From Octopus vulgaris (Eukaryota), in assembly GCA_951406725.2 (NCBI GenBank), contig OX597828.1:36084001-36148000 (forward strand): a DNA stretch of 64,000 nt, in the 5' to 3' direction. The notes beneath the pieces are model-generated. The model did no database searches. It saw only the letters and a list, made by a program, of their open reading frames with translations, and had not been told where the DNA came from. The stretch's first letter is position 1, and each line of letters starts with the position of its first letter. A program made the position numbers and the translations under genes. Shown here in pieces: positions 1 to 13,019 of this stretch.

Positions 1-275
1 AGACCCATCAAGCTGAGCAAAATCACAGTCATGGTAGATACGAATGTCATGCAAATGACACCCGTGCTGGTGACATGTAAAAGCACCCCAGTGTCTCGCA
101 AATGGCACGTAAAAGTACCCATTACACTCCTGGAGTGGTTGGTGTTAGGAAGGGCATCCAGCTGTAGAAAACCATGCACAATCAGAATGGAGTCTGGTGC
201 AGCCTTCCAGCCCTGGTCAAACCGTCCAACCCATGCCAGAATGGACAATGGACATTAAATGATGATAATGATGAT
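1..275 (+). mobile_element. Family D retroposon 3' end (AGGAAGGGCATCCAGCTGTAGAAA...(GAT)n tail)
   Basis: The same 3' module occurs at 11545-11760, 21282-21658, 24265-24680, 27070-27310, 53208-53950 and 60230-60507. Confidence 0.8.
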
Positions 276-547
276 TAACGGCAGCGATCTTAGCAGAATA
301 GCACATCAAAATGTCTAGTGGCAGGCATTTGTTCCAGTTTTAGAAATGAAGATGACAACTACAACTACAACAACGACATTAGTCTGGTAGATCTAATATG
401 CTGCTGGGTACATCACCACCACCACCAAGTGATTGTGTGCTCTTAGTCCCCTTATAGCAGTGGTTTGCAACCAGGGACCATGTAAGATATTGTAGTTAAT
501 ATTTATGTACAATAAACTGGTTATGTTTCTACAACACAGAAAACAGT

Positions 548-926
548 TTACTCTTTTACTTGTTTCAGTCATTGACTGCGGCCATGCTGGAGCACCGCCT
601 TTAGTCGAGCAAATCGACCCCAGGACTTATTCTTTGTAAGCCCAGTACTTATTCTATCGGTCTGTTTTGCCGAACCGCTAAGTGACGGGGACGTAAACAC
701 ACCAGCATCGGTTATCAAGCAATGCTAGGGGGACAAACACAGACACTCATATATATATACATATATACGACAGGCTTCTTTCAGTTTCCGTCTACCAAAT
801 CCACTCACAAGGCTTTGGTTGGCCCAAGGCTATAGTAGAAGACACTTGCCAAAGATGCCACGCAGTGGGACTGAACCCGGAACCATGTGGTTGGTAAGCA
901 AGCTACTTACCACACAGCCACTCCTG
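548..926 (-). mobile_element. tRNA-derived SINE, family A
   Basis: Head TGGCTGTGTGG / GGTTCAGTCCC (A/B boxes), central (TA)/(TG) tract, tail GACTGAAACAAGTAAAAGAG; more than 20 similar copies in the window. Confidence 0.9.
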
Positions 927-2705
927 AAAAATTTCTTTTATACAACTCCTATAATATTTAATTCTGAAAATATAATAGGATTTTTTAAACATCAAAATGG
1001 CTATGAGGGTCCATCCAAGTAAGATAGAAATCCGAATCCAGGTAAAAAAAAAAAAAAAAAAGTCACAGGGGTTTTGTCTGGGGAGGATTTTTGTCCGGGT
1101 CCCATAAATTGTGATGTTTTTCCTGTGACCTTATTACCAGCCACCATAAATTAGTTTGTGACTTTTTTTTCCAAGCCAAAATTGTGATTTTATTACTGTG
1201 ACTTTTTTTCCAGTGAGTTTTTTTTACCGGTCACTAAAAATCCAAAGGGTCCATAGGTAAAAGGAGAAAATTTCAAGAAACAATTGCATTCAGTTGGACC
1301 AAAAAGAAAAAGACCCTGTTTATATTCTAAGTATTCAGTCCACTCACTGAAGATATTCAAGCTGGGCATAAGATATTTCAGACGTTCATTGCTAGACTGG
1401 AAGAGACTGCAGACGTTATGGCTATTACTCCATTTCCTCTTGCTAACAATAAAAATTAGCAATCTGACCTCTCTCTGGGTAAGCACGAATCTAAACTGAA
1501 AGACTGCTTGAATTCTGAGTACTAAGAGCACTTATTTAATTGCCTATCATTCCTACTCACATCAGCTCGAGTGAGAAGAGGAAAGCGTATGTATAATATA
1601 AGAACGTGAACGCAGACATGTCTGTGTAGTTAGGAAGCATACCTTGCAACCACGTGGCTTCGAGTTCAGTCCCACTGCTTGACACCTTCGGCATGTGTTT
1701 TCTAGTATAGCCCCAAGCCGACCAGCACCCTGTGAGTGAATATGGCAGGTGAAAACTGTAGAAGCCTGTCATGAATGTGTCTTCGTGTTTGTTCCGACCA
1801 CCATCTCTTGGTTTGTTTACATCCCAGCCAATTAGCGGCTCGACAAAAGGAACCGATAGAATAAGTACAGGCTTTTAAAAAAATAGTTCAGGTCTATTCG
1901 TTCGATTAAAACCCTTTAAAGCATGTAATTAAATAGCGCAAGACTTTTGTCATAGCTTCTACCAACTCTCCCCCACCCCTACTACCAACTATTGGCAGAA
2001 ACAAGTAAAAGATAAAAAGGTGTATCAGATTTGAACCAAGAACAGAACCAAAAGTATTAATAGCTAAGAAAGGAAAACAGATAAAAAGTTTTTTTTTTTT
2101 TTTTTAAATAAATATGTAATGGAGGAGATAGGTGGATAAATAAATTGGTTAAATTGTGAATGGTTGGAAAACAGACCTCGGTTGAGATGATTTAGTGAGA
2201 AGTACAAATAAGGAACATCTAGAAACGTGCTACAAGGAATGTGTGAAAATTCGAAACTGAGCGAAAATAAAGTTTAACAGAATGACAGACAAAGAGAGGG
2301 ACTGAGAGAGGGCGAAAAGTGAGACATACACACCACACACAAACTGACTGGCTGACTTCTTTTGATGCTGTTAATAATAATAATAATAATACATAGCAGA
2401 AAAGCAAGATATATATATATTTATTTAGTAAGACACGGGATAGATTTACTGCTTCTTTATCTTCTTGTTCGTTCCACACATTCATCCTATATGTCCTACT
2501 TTTAGTCTAAAACACTAGTTGCTACTTTTATCTAGTCTCTAGCAAACACTGGTAGGATTGTTCGCTACTGAACGTGCCTCCCGTGCCTATCTGTGTTACT
2601 TCAAGCTAGCTGAGCTACTGAATGGCAGGACCTCACTCCCCTCTCTATTTCTCTCCACCCTATTTCTTCACAACATACAACGGCAGGCGGCATGCACACA
2701 CACAC

Positions 2706-2743
<38 letters not shown>

Positions 2744-2813
2744 GTAGGTCCGGTTGATTCGGGGTTAACCACAGTAAGTAAGGTACTCAATACATAGCAG
2801 AGTAAAATTAATT

Positions 2814-2919
2814 TATTATATAGAAGGAGCTTCTACAGGACTAGTACTGTTTCATTCAAGAGAAATCTTCAGGATTTCTCTTGAATGAAACAGTACTAGT
2901 CCTGTAACTCCTTCTATAT

Positions 2920-2923
<4 letters not shown>
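2814..2923. repeat. ~50-bp-arm hairpin between (TA)n tracts containing a hammerhead core on the minus strand
   Basis: tacaggactagtactgtttcattcaagagaaatc-ttcag-gatttctcttgaatgaaacagtactagtcctgta is a perfect inverted repeat. The minus strand of 2829-2872 reads CTGAAGA-TTTCTCTTGAAT-GAAA-CAGTACTAGTCCTG-TA-GAAGC. Confidence 0.7.
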
Positions 2924-2987
<64 letters not shown>

Positions 2988-2989
<2 letters not shown>

Positions 2990-3337
2990 TCTTTTACTTG
3001 ATTCAGTCATTTGACTGCGGCCATGCTGGAGCACCGCATTTAGTCGAGCAAATCGAATCCAGGACATTTTATTTGTAAGCCTAGTACTTATTCTATCGGT
3101 CTCTTTTGCCGAACCGCTAAGTTACGGAGACGTAAACACACCAGCATCGGTTGTCAAGCGATGTTGGGTGGACAAACAGACACACATATATACATATATC
3201 CAAATCCACTACCAAATCCACTCACAAGGCTTTGGTCGGCCCGAGGCTATAGTTGAAGACACTTGACCAAGGTGCCATGCAGTGGGACTGAACCCGGAAC
3301 CATGTGGTTGTTAAGCAAGCAACTTACCACACAGCCA
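2988..3337 (-). mobile_element. SINE family A
   Basis: High similarity to 548-926. Confidence 0.9.
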
Positions 3338-4168
3338 AGCTATTACACACACACACATATATATATATGTGGTGAGATGCTTAGAGGATAAGTTAACCTT
3401 GGCTGCACTAATGGAAACGGATGTAAGAAGTAAAGATTACCAATTCTTTAATAATAAATAATAATTATTATCTTAACTCTCCATTTTCTTTCCTGCATTT
3501 ATATACCATAAACTGTCGCTATCTCTCCGATCTAATCCAGATAAAAGCAATAGCTAAATAGCAACTATCAGTGAGCTATATTAAATAAAACAGAACTAAA
3601 TTCCAATATTGCCAAGTCTATAATATTTTGATCATTAACTGGATAACTACTCGTTTCGCCATAGCACGGTTTTTGCTAGCAATGTTCCTTGTTCCACTTT
3701 TGTAAATAGCAACTAACACAGAGAGATTCGCAATTTAGCAAACAACACTTAAGGTGAAGTTGAAAGTGATAAAATTGCTCAAATTCTACAGTCAATTAAC
3801 TACAGATCACATTTTAAACTATAACATTTAAATTCAAAGACACAAAGATAAAAATAAAAAAAACATTTTTTAAAAAAAAGGGGGGGGGGGTCTTTTTTTC
3901 GTTTTCTTCCAACCACTTGAAGATTTTTCAATTCTCAATGGATTGCTTTCAGATTTTCCACATAGATGTAGTTTTGCTTGACGGTGAAGAATATCGCATT
4001 AATTTTTCCGAAAAAGTAATGATTAACAAGATGGAAACACCTAAAGTTATATATTTTTGGCCAATGAAATGAGTCCATGTTCCTCACAAGCGAAAGTCAA
4101 AACTTTCCAGCCATAGTTGCCATGGCAACAAACTAGAGTTGAAAATGCAATCAAAGGGAACCGTAAAA

Positions 4169-4564
4169 GGCGATCTTTCGTCTCTAGTAGACCTTTCCGT
4201 CGATTTCCGTAAAAAAATTTTTTTTTTTTTTACATATGGGCTTGCGGGAACTTTTGAAGTAATATACATACATATACACAGAGTAAAAAATTTCAGTTAT
4301 CTCTTTCTTTCACACACACTAACAGAAGCATTTCACTTACACAACATACTGTCTGTCTCCCACACCCCATCAAACACGCACACACACATGTCCATCAATG
4401 CTCCCATGCACGGTAACTTCAAAAGAACTTCCTCGTCATACAATCGCTTTCTCTTAGTTTCTTTCGCTCTCATTACTTCAAAAGTTCCCGCAAGACCATA
4501 TGTAAGAAAAAACAATTTTTTTACGGAAATCGACGGAAAGGTCTACTAGAGACGAAAGATTGCC
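4169..4564. mobile_element. MITE with ~95-bp TIRs (GGCGATCTTTCG...) and 8-bp TSD CCGTAAAA, Merlin-like ends
   Basis: TIRs GGCGATCTTTCGTCTCTAGTAGACC... / ...GGTCTACTAGAGACGAAAGATTGCC; ccgtaaaa at 4161-4168 and 4565-4572. Confidence 0.9.
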
Positions 4565-4715
4565 CCGTAAAAAAATAAAAATTAAAAAAAAACAATTCCA
4601 AGAAAATGAAATTGTATTTCGACCTGGAAAATGCCGAAATGAATCGAAAACACGTGGACCGTCAATGAAAGAAGACAATGATGAAATAAAGCAATGTAAC
4701 GGAATGTTATGAAAT

Positions 4716-5390
4716 TAAAGCAGTTGAGATATACACAGCATTAACTTTTGAAACAAGCCTTGTTTTTCATAACGGCGGCGCCACATAAACTTAGCAGAGA
4801 TACGAGTCCATTGTAGAATGATCACCGTGCCAAAGGGCTGTTTTTCGAGTTTACAAACTCAACGCTGTGTTTCACCGTTCTATGGTGAAATTGGTACCCT
4901 AGTAACTCAGGAATATGCGAGTACGTGTGCCACAAGTCACTGTAAATAGTCGTTCTCGACAAAATTGATTGTCGAATGCAATTTGCGAGTGTATCATGAT
5001 ATCGAGAGGGCGCGGTGAAAAGAGCTTCTCGAGTCTCGCGACACATACCTATTTCTTTATTACCCACAAGGATCTAAACATAGAGGGGACAAACAAGGAC
5101 AGACATAGGTATTAAGTCGATTACATCGACCCCAGTGCGTGACTTGTACTTAATTTATCGACCCCGAAAGGATGAAAGGCAAAGTCGACCTCAACATACC
5201 GCCGAAACCCCACTATTCGGTTAACATTCGAACCCCCGGTTGTAATTTTCTTCTCAAAAATACAGTTCCGACTGTTTCACCAATTCTGCCAGGACCACCA
5301 TCAATCTTCATTGGATTGCAGAGCAAATCTTCAGCGGAGGTCTCCAGTAAATAATGTTTACAGTCTACTGCGATAGTGCTACCAATCCCT
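4716..5390 (-). pseudogene. Merlin (IS1016/IS1595-like DDE) transposase relic, split by a SINE
   Basis: Minus-strand translation: ...KIDGGPGRIGETVGTVFLRRKLQPGVRMLTE*WGFGGM [SINE] CRETREALF...DTLANCIRQSILSRTTIYSDLWHTYSHI...HRTVKHSVEFVN...MDSYLC/FMWRRRY. This matches the Merlin motifs IGGPG.IVEIDE, WVFGG, TI.SD.W..Y, H.TVNHS..FV and SYL.EF.WR. Confidence 0.85.
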
Positions 5391-5539
5391 CCTCACAAAA
5401 CCTTAGTACTCGTCAAATTCTTTGACCCACAGCTGTATGAATAAACGATACACAGGAGTTACCATGACAACAGTTTCGACTGTGAGGACACTGGCTTGAA
5501 ATTCATTGGCTAAAAATACGTAAATTGCAATGCCTATCT

Positions 5540-5932
5540 TTCTTTTATCTTTTACCTGTTTCAGTCATTTGACTGCGGCCATGCTGGAGCACCGCCTTTA
5601 GTCGAGCAAATCGACCCCGGGACTTATTCTTTGTAAGCCTAGTACTTATTCTATCGGTCTCTTCTGCCGAACCGCTAAGTTACGGGGACGTAAACACACC
5701 AGCATCGGTTGTCAAGCAATGCTAGGGGGACAAACACACACACATATATATATATATACATATATACGACAGGCTTCTTTCAGTTTCCGTCTACCAAATC
5801 CACTCACAAGGCATTGGTCGGCCCGGGGCTATAGCAGAAGACACTTGCCCAAGATGCCACGCAGTGGGACTGAACCTGGAGCCATGTGGTTGGTTAGCAA
5901 GCTACTTACCACACAGCCACTTCTGCGCCTAT
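5540..5932 (-). mobile_element. SINE family A
   Basis: Full-length copy. Confidence 0.9.
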
Positions 5933-6247
5933 AACTTTTTTTTGTTTGTTATAACATTTCCAAAATAATAACTGTGATATTTGTCATCAGTATGCAAAAG
6001 TACATTTTTTGAAATTCTTCAAATTAAGATTTGTGGTTGGAAGAAAATGAAAAAATATCTGATGTAGGGAGCAACAGAAGATTGGGGGTGTCCCCCACTC
6101 TGAAACAAACGGTGCCTAGTGTGGTAATGACTGCGATGGAGCTGCTGTGGAGAATGGCCAGTAACACTCGCAGCAGCAGTCACTCCGCCTTACAGAGAGG
6201 GATGTGATAAAATATATTCGAAGATGAATAAATATACACACACACAC

Positions 6248-6560
<313 letters not shown>

Positions 6561-6582
6561 TATATATATATATATATATATA

Positions 6583-6951
6583 TAGTGGTTGTGTGGTAAG
6601 TAGCTTGCTTACGAACCACATCGTTCAGGGTTCAGTCCCACTGCGTGGCACTTTGGGTAAGTGTCTTCTACTATAGCCTCGGTCCGACCAAAGCCTTCTG
6701 AGTGGATTTGGTAAATGGAAACTGAAAGAAGCCTGTCGTATGTATGTATATATGTATGTGTAGTGTGTGTATATGTTTGTGTGTCTGTGTTTGTCCCCCC
6801 CCCCCAACATCACTTGACAACCGATGCTGATATGTTTACGTACCCGTAACTTAGCGGTTCGGCAAAAGAGACCGATAGAATAAGTCCTGGGGTCGATTTG
6901 CTCAACTAAAGGCGGTGCTCCAGCATGACCACAGTCAAATGACTGAAAAGA

Positions 6952-6953
<2 letters not shown>
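6583..6953 (+). mobile_element. SINE family A
   Basis: Copy between (TA)n tracts. Confidence 0.9.
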
Positions 6954-7013
<60 letters not shown>

Positions 7014-8039
7014 AAAAAAGAGCTATGGGGAATGACTCGAGTGACCAGTGGCATAAATACAGGATTACCAAATATACAATATAAATTCTTGATTTACTGA
7101 ATTTATCTTCCTTTTGAGAGAAAGAAAAAACATATAGCTTGTGAAAATTGCGACTAAATTCCAAATGAGAAGAGGACAACCGTAGGCATTTGTTTCTACC
7201 CCCACTAGACGTCATCAGAACAGCAGTTTTCCTGCCATGAATACTGAGACAAGAAAAGATTTACGGTAAACGTTTACGGTAAAGGATAATTTATATGATT
7301 TAAAGGATATTGGGGGGGGGGTAATACTTTACTGATGCAAGTCGCCTACAGTACTTTTAGTGGTTATACAAGAACTGACTGCACAATGAATTCTCACTAG
7401 GCAAAGTGCATCTCCATAATCATTGCACTTCATCATCTACCACTCGATTGACCTCTGACTCGAGTGTTTCCGGTCGTTTACGCCACATTTCAACCAATAG
7501 CTTATTTACTTTAAAAAAAAAAAAAAAGACTCAACTTGTAATTAATCAGATCAAGTAGCTCCACCTAATGTCATAGACGAAAATAATATTTTTAAAAACT
7601 GGTACTCCGTCGGTTACGATAACGAGTGTCCCCCATTGATTCCATCAACGGAACAGTCTGCTTGTAAAACGAATATGCAAGTGGCTGAACACTCCACAGA
7701 CACGTGTACCCTTAATGTAGTACTCAGGGAGATAGAGCGTGACACACAGTGTGACAAGGCTGGCCCTTTGAATTACAGGAACAATTCATTTTTGCCAGCT
7801 GAGAGGACTGCAGCAATGTGAAATATAACCTCTTGCTCAAGGACACAACGTGTCGCTGGGAATCGAATTCTAACCACGAAGACATCCAAATAAGGGCATG
7901 GTGTACAGTGTAGTCATGGATGGTTGGAATGCCTTTGATTACAACAGAATTGATTTGGGGCGAAACATCAACAGCAACTTGTAGCGAGGACTTCATTGTA
8001 AACACAGTTCATTTATTGTCTTGTTTTCCAGCCTGAAAT

Positions 8040-8975
8040 ATTCTTTTCTACTCTAGGCACAAGGCCCGAAATTTAGGGAAGGGGCCAGTCGATTAGATCG
8101 AACCCCCTACGCAACTGGTACTTAATTCATCGACCCTGAAAGGATGAAAGGCAAAGTCAACCTCCGCATATTTGAACTCATCCAGCCTAAAATATTACGA
8201 CAGCACTGAGAACAAGTAAAAAGCACAGGATAATTAAAACTGTTTCTCTAAGCAAAAATTTACAAAATGGACAATAAGTTGAAGCAACAGTTTTGTATTA
8301 CATTATTACTGGAAGTACCAAAATGGCAAATTGGCAGAGTCGTTAGCACGCCAGACAAAATGATTGGCGGCATTTCGTCCGTTTTTACTTTCTGAGTTCA
8401 AATACCGCCGAGGTCAGCTTTGTTTTTTTATCCTATCATAGTGATAAAACAACCACCAGTTGAGGACTGGGGCCAAATCTAATCAATTTACCCCCTCCCC
8501 AAAATTCCTGACTCTGTGTCAAAAATTTAAATTTATTGTTACTGGGAGAAGGAAATGGGAGCGAACTGGCAGAACAGTTAGCATGCCAGGCAAAATGCTT
8601 AGCGGTATTTCATCTGCGGCTAGGTCCTGAGCTCAAATTCCGCCGAGGTCGACTTTGCCTTTCATCCTTTCGGGGTTGATAAATTAAGTACCAGTCGAGC
8701 ACTGGGGTCGATGTAATCGACTTAACCCCCAAAAAAGAATTTCAGGCCTTGTGCCGATAGCAGAAATCATTAATACAGTTAGAACCGTTAGCACGCCGGA
8801 CAAAATACTTAAGCAACATTTCGTTTGTCTTTAGGTCCTGAATTCAAATTCTGCCGCGATCGACTGTCTTTTCTCCTTTCAGAGTCGATAAAATAAGTAC
8901 CCGTTGAGCCGTGAGGTCGATTTAATCAACTAGCCGCCTCCCGCGAAATTTCAGGCTGTGTGCCTATTCTAGAAA
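8040..8975. mobile_element. Cluster of four family B SINEs (core GTCGACTTTGCCTTTCATCCTTTCGGGGTCGAT...AAGTACCAG)
   Basis: 8040-8180 (-), then three head-to-tail + copies at ~8325, ~8560 and ~8780. Confidence 0.85.
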
Positions 8976-10293
8976 GAATCAGTAAAGATGTGTGCGCATT
9001 TTATGTATTGCGTTTTATTTTTCTTTCAATTCAATAAAAAAAAAATGGCCATACTATAAAGGTCAATCGCAATTCTAAAAATATGAAGAAATATAATCTA
9101 CGACAGGAGAAGGGTTCTTTTGTGTACGTGTGTCGGGTATTTTCAAATAGCATCATGTTTTTGTCCTTTTCTATTTTTGGTGATGAGAGAGCATTACCCA
9201 ACCTTAACATATTTGGCTGACCGACAAAGTGAAATCCAGAATAACAGTTCAAGAAGGTTCAGTTTCTAATAAAATATCTAAACAATGTATTGAGTACTTT
9301 TTCTTCGTCTGTAAACATAAACGTTCGACTAAATTCTTTTCTCGCGACTTCAGTTTCACGCCAGGGCGATCATCCAGCGGGAACTTTACACGCAAACACC
9401 TTAGATACACATTCAAGAGCGAATAGAGAGGCAAACACACAAACGACCGATATTGATCAAAAGAATAGTTCCTGCTAGAAATGTTAATTAAAGAAATTAA
9501 GTCTTCAAGAAATAGTTATTTCTTATCTTTCAAAAAGAATCGATATCAACAACGACTTCCGGTGTATGATTGCAGACACGTGCGCGCACGAGTGTACGTG
9601 TGTGTGTACGAGCGCTTGCTTTATGCATACAAACAATATTTATTTGTGTTAATGTATGCGTGTTGTAAAGGCACGCACACATATATACACATATATATAT
9701 AGTTACAGTTCTACATACGCATTTATGCTCGTTATTCCATATACAAATGCACAGACACACATTATATAACAATCAATTTATGTATGCGGATGGGCTAACG
9801 TACGTGTATAAATATAGAACGGCCAGAGGAAGTGTCAGCACTAATTTGTTAATAAGTTTAACGCTTTTACTTAATCCCCTTTCTGCCCTTCATTTATATA
9901 ATTTACCCACTTTTTTTTTTTTTTCGGAAACAAAGTATTAATACGACCTCAAACAATTATGTACCATTGTACTTAAAACGCATACCCAAACCGCCTCTGC
10001 AACATCCGGAAACTTTCATCTTTTATCGTTTCCGCTTATCTTAAACATACATACACACACAATTAATTATCAATCCTTTGATCTTTTATATATTGATATA
10101 AATAAATATACACATGTTTTATATCGTTTTCGTTAAGCGTATCCATACCTCCATAAACAATGTTTTATATAAACTGCATAAATAAAATTAATGGACTTGT
10201 TACAGGGTGCAAACAAACACACATGTGCGCATATATATATATATATATTACCCATGAGTATGTGTTTGTGTTAACCTGTGATTGTATTCATAC

Positions 10294-10367
<74 letters not shown>

Positions 10368-11174
10368 CTTGCATGTAGAAGTGCCATTCAATAATTATAT
10401 ACACATACATACATACATATATACACAGTAAACTACACGAGCATTCGCACGAAGACACACACATAAGTGTACGCATAAACAAATATACATATTCATATAC
10501 AAATATATACAGCCACGACTTTCGAGATGGAGAATAGTCAATACTGAAGTTACAGGTCATTTTGACGGGTAACTTCGAAGTATACTTTTGACATGTGGCA
10601 AACATAATTGTTGTAATTTAACTTTTTTCCAACTTTTTTGAGTTTATACAAAATGATTAAAAGAATACTAATTTTCAAGAGAAAGATATCTATTCCTCTG
10701 TCCATTATTCTTCTCCTCCTCAGACTATGACTCTCTCTCTCTTACTGTGGCATGTGTATGAAGGGGAGGGCGTGCTTTTTATTCATTGCCTGCCATCAAG
10801 CCTACTATGTGCGCTCATCATGCACCTCTTAACAGTCTCTGCACCTTCCCATTACCCCCCCTCTCTCTCCACGGTGTAAAGCGTGACTTGAAAAACCAAC
10901 CGACCAACCAACCAACCAGCCTTTATTTATATTAGCTTTTATAAAATAGAAATACACTTATGTATTTAGATTAGTGCCTTCGTCTTTTGTTTTAATAAAC
11001 AAAGCTTGGGGTATGGTACTCTCTTGCTTTCGTCAGGTGTATGCTGGATTCGGTAATGTTTTCAGAATTTCCAACACAACCCTCTCTTCATATCTTTATC
11101 AGAGGCAGGATTTTACGGCCGGATGTTCTTCTTGTTGTCAACCCTCGCCTGTTTTCCAAATACGTGTATATATC

Positions 11175-11535
11175 CTTTTGCTCCAGTCTTTTGACTGTAG
11201 CCATGCTGGAGCACGGTCTTTCGGGGATTTAGTCGAACAAATCGAACCCAGGACTTGGGTTAAGCCTAGTACATATTCTATTGGTCTCTTTTGCTGAACC
11301 GCTAAGTTACGAGGACATAAACACATCAGCACTGGTTGTCAAACGGTGATGGGGTAGGTAGACACATATGCGACGGGCGACTTTCAGTTTCCATCTAACA
11401 AATCCACTCACAAGGCTTTGATCGGCCCGAGGCTATAGTAGAAGACACTTGCCCGGGATGCCACGCAGTGGGACTGAACTCGGGACCATGTGGTTGGGAA
11501 GCAAGCTTCTTACCACACATCCACTCCTGCGCCTA
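11175..11535 (-). mobile_element. SINE family A (older copy)
   Basis: Diverged full-length copy. Confidence 0.85.
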
Positions 11536-11994
11536 TATATATTAGCGTCATCATCATTTAACACGTTCGGCTTCCATGCTGGCATGTGTTGAATGGTTTG
11601 AGAAGACACAACGAGTCGGAGGACGGCGTTAAGCTCCAGTGTACGTTTTGGTATGATTTTACAATTAGATGCACTTCCTAACGCCAACGACATTACAGTG
11701 TACATGGTGCATTTTTTCGCGACACCAGAAGCAGTGAGGTAGCCAAAATAACTTGCAAGACAAAGACCTTAAACTGAGTGGGGTTGAAGTAGAGGGTACC
11801 GTAGAGGGTAGGGACGTGGCATTATGACAGGTGTTGAGTGGCTAAAGTATGAAAGAGGAGCAGGAAATGGATGCGTATCAGAGAGTAATCTCATAATAAA
11901 TTATGTGTATGAAAAACGATGAGAATGAAAACGATGCCGTGCATATTTACTCTTAATATGATCCATCATATTTGGATGTGACTATGTTAATTCG

Positions 11995-12350
11995 AAGTCG
12001 GCGAGCTGGCACGCCGGGCGAAATGCTTACCAGTATTTCGTCTGTCGTTACGTTCTGAGTTCAAATTCCGCCGAGGTCGACTTTGCCTTTCATCCTTTCG
12101 GGGTCGATTAAATAAGTACCAATTACGCACTGGGGTCGATGTAATCGACTTAATCCCTTCTGTCTTGTCCTCTCTGTGTTTAGAGAAATAGGTATTTCGT
12201 CCGTCTTTACGTTCTGAGTTCAAATTCCGCCGTGGTCGACTTTACCTTTCATCCTTTCGGGGTCGATAAAATAAGCACCAGTTGAACACTGGGGTCGATG
12301 TAATCGACCAACCTCTCCCTCGAGCTCGCTGGCCGCGTGCAAAGATTTGC
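11995..12350 (+). mobile_element. Family B SINE nested or tandem pair
   Basis: Core repeated at ~12040-12190 and ~12192-12310. Other family-B copies lie near 5050, 20600, 25120, 37140-37500, 40448, 48745, 50080, 50817, 61846 and 62380. Confidence 0.85.
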
Positions 12351-12964
12351 ACACTGTTGACAAAACGCTCGATTCATTTCTGTACGAGGTCTTTGAAGCA
12401 CCAGTGTATCGACCTAATTCTGTCTCTTCAGTGAAAGTTACTACTGGATCAACAAATCAAAACAAAAATGGTGGCTCTTGTTTATAGAAGTAACCGAACA
12501 AGTTATATGCTGATGTGCGTTGATGTCTTCCAAACAGACAATAATTTATGTGCACGAAGGACGGCGACACTCGTTTATAACTATTACACTATGCATTGTA
12601 TTACACAAGGAGACACAAACACACTCCCACGTCTTTCCTGTCGCTAACCCACACCTGTTTCCAAGCAAGGTAATACTTAGCTAGATAATGTTTTTTTGTG
12701 TTGATCTCCACTATTCTACAGATACACGTTTGGGTCATTGCGGGAAATATTACCTTACTCGGAAGAAGATGAAGATTGGCGACAGGAAGGACATTCGGAT
12801 TGGTGCTATGATAGAAACTGGCCCGAAGAGCAGCACCGTGGGACTGAATCTAAGATCATATAGTCGGGAATCAAACTTCTTAACCACAGTCTAACATGTA
12901 TGTATATTACACACATTCATTCGCACACGTGTGCGCAGGGTCTTCAGGCAAGTTAATAAATAGG

Positions 12965-13019
<55 letters not shown>

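Larger units (their letters stand above)
4033..5534 (-). mobile_element. Probable full extent of the decayed Merlin element
   Basis: Degenerate inverted repeats: ~4046-4095 (ttatatatttttggccaatgaaatgagtccatgttcctcacaagcgaaa) versus ~5474-5525 reverse complement (tttacgtatttttagccaatgaatttcaagccagtgtcctcacagtcgaaa). Exact outer ends uncertain. Confidence 0.55.

Noticed and set aside
1030-1235. Repeated TGTGACTTTTTTTCC motifs in inverted arrangement, possibly a foldback DNA transposon remnant
   Set aside because: Ends and TSD are not definable.
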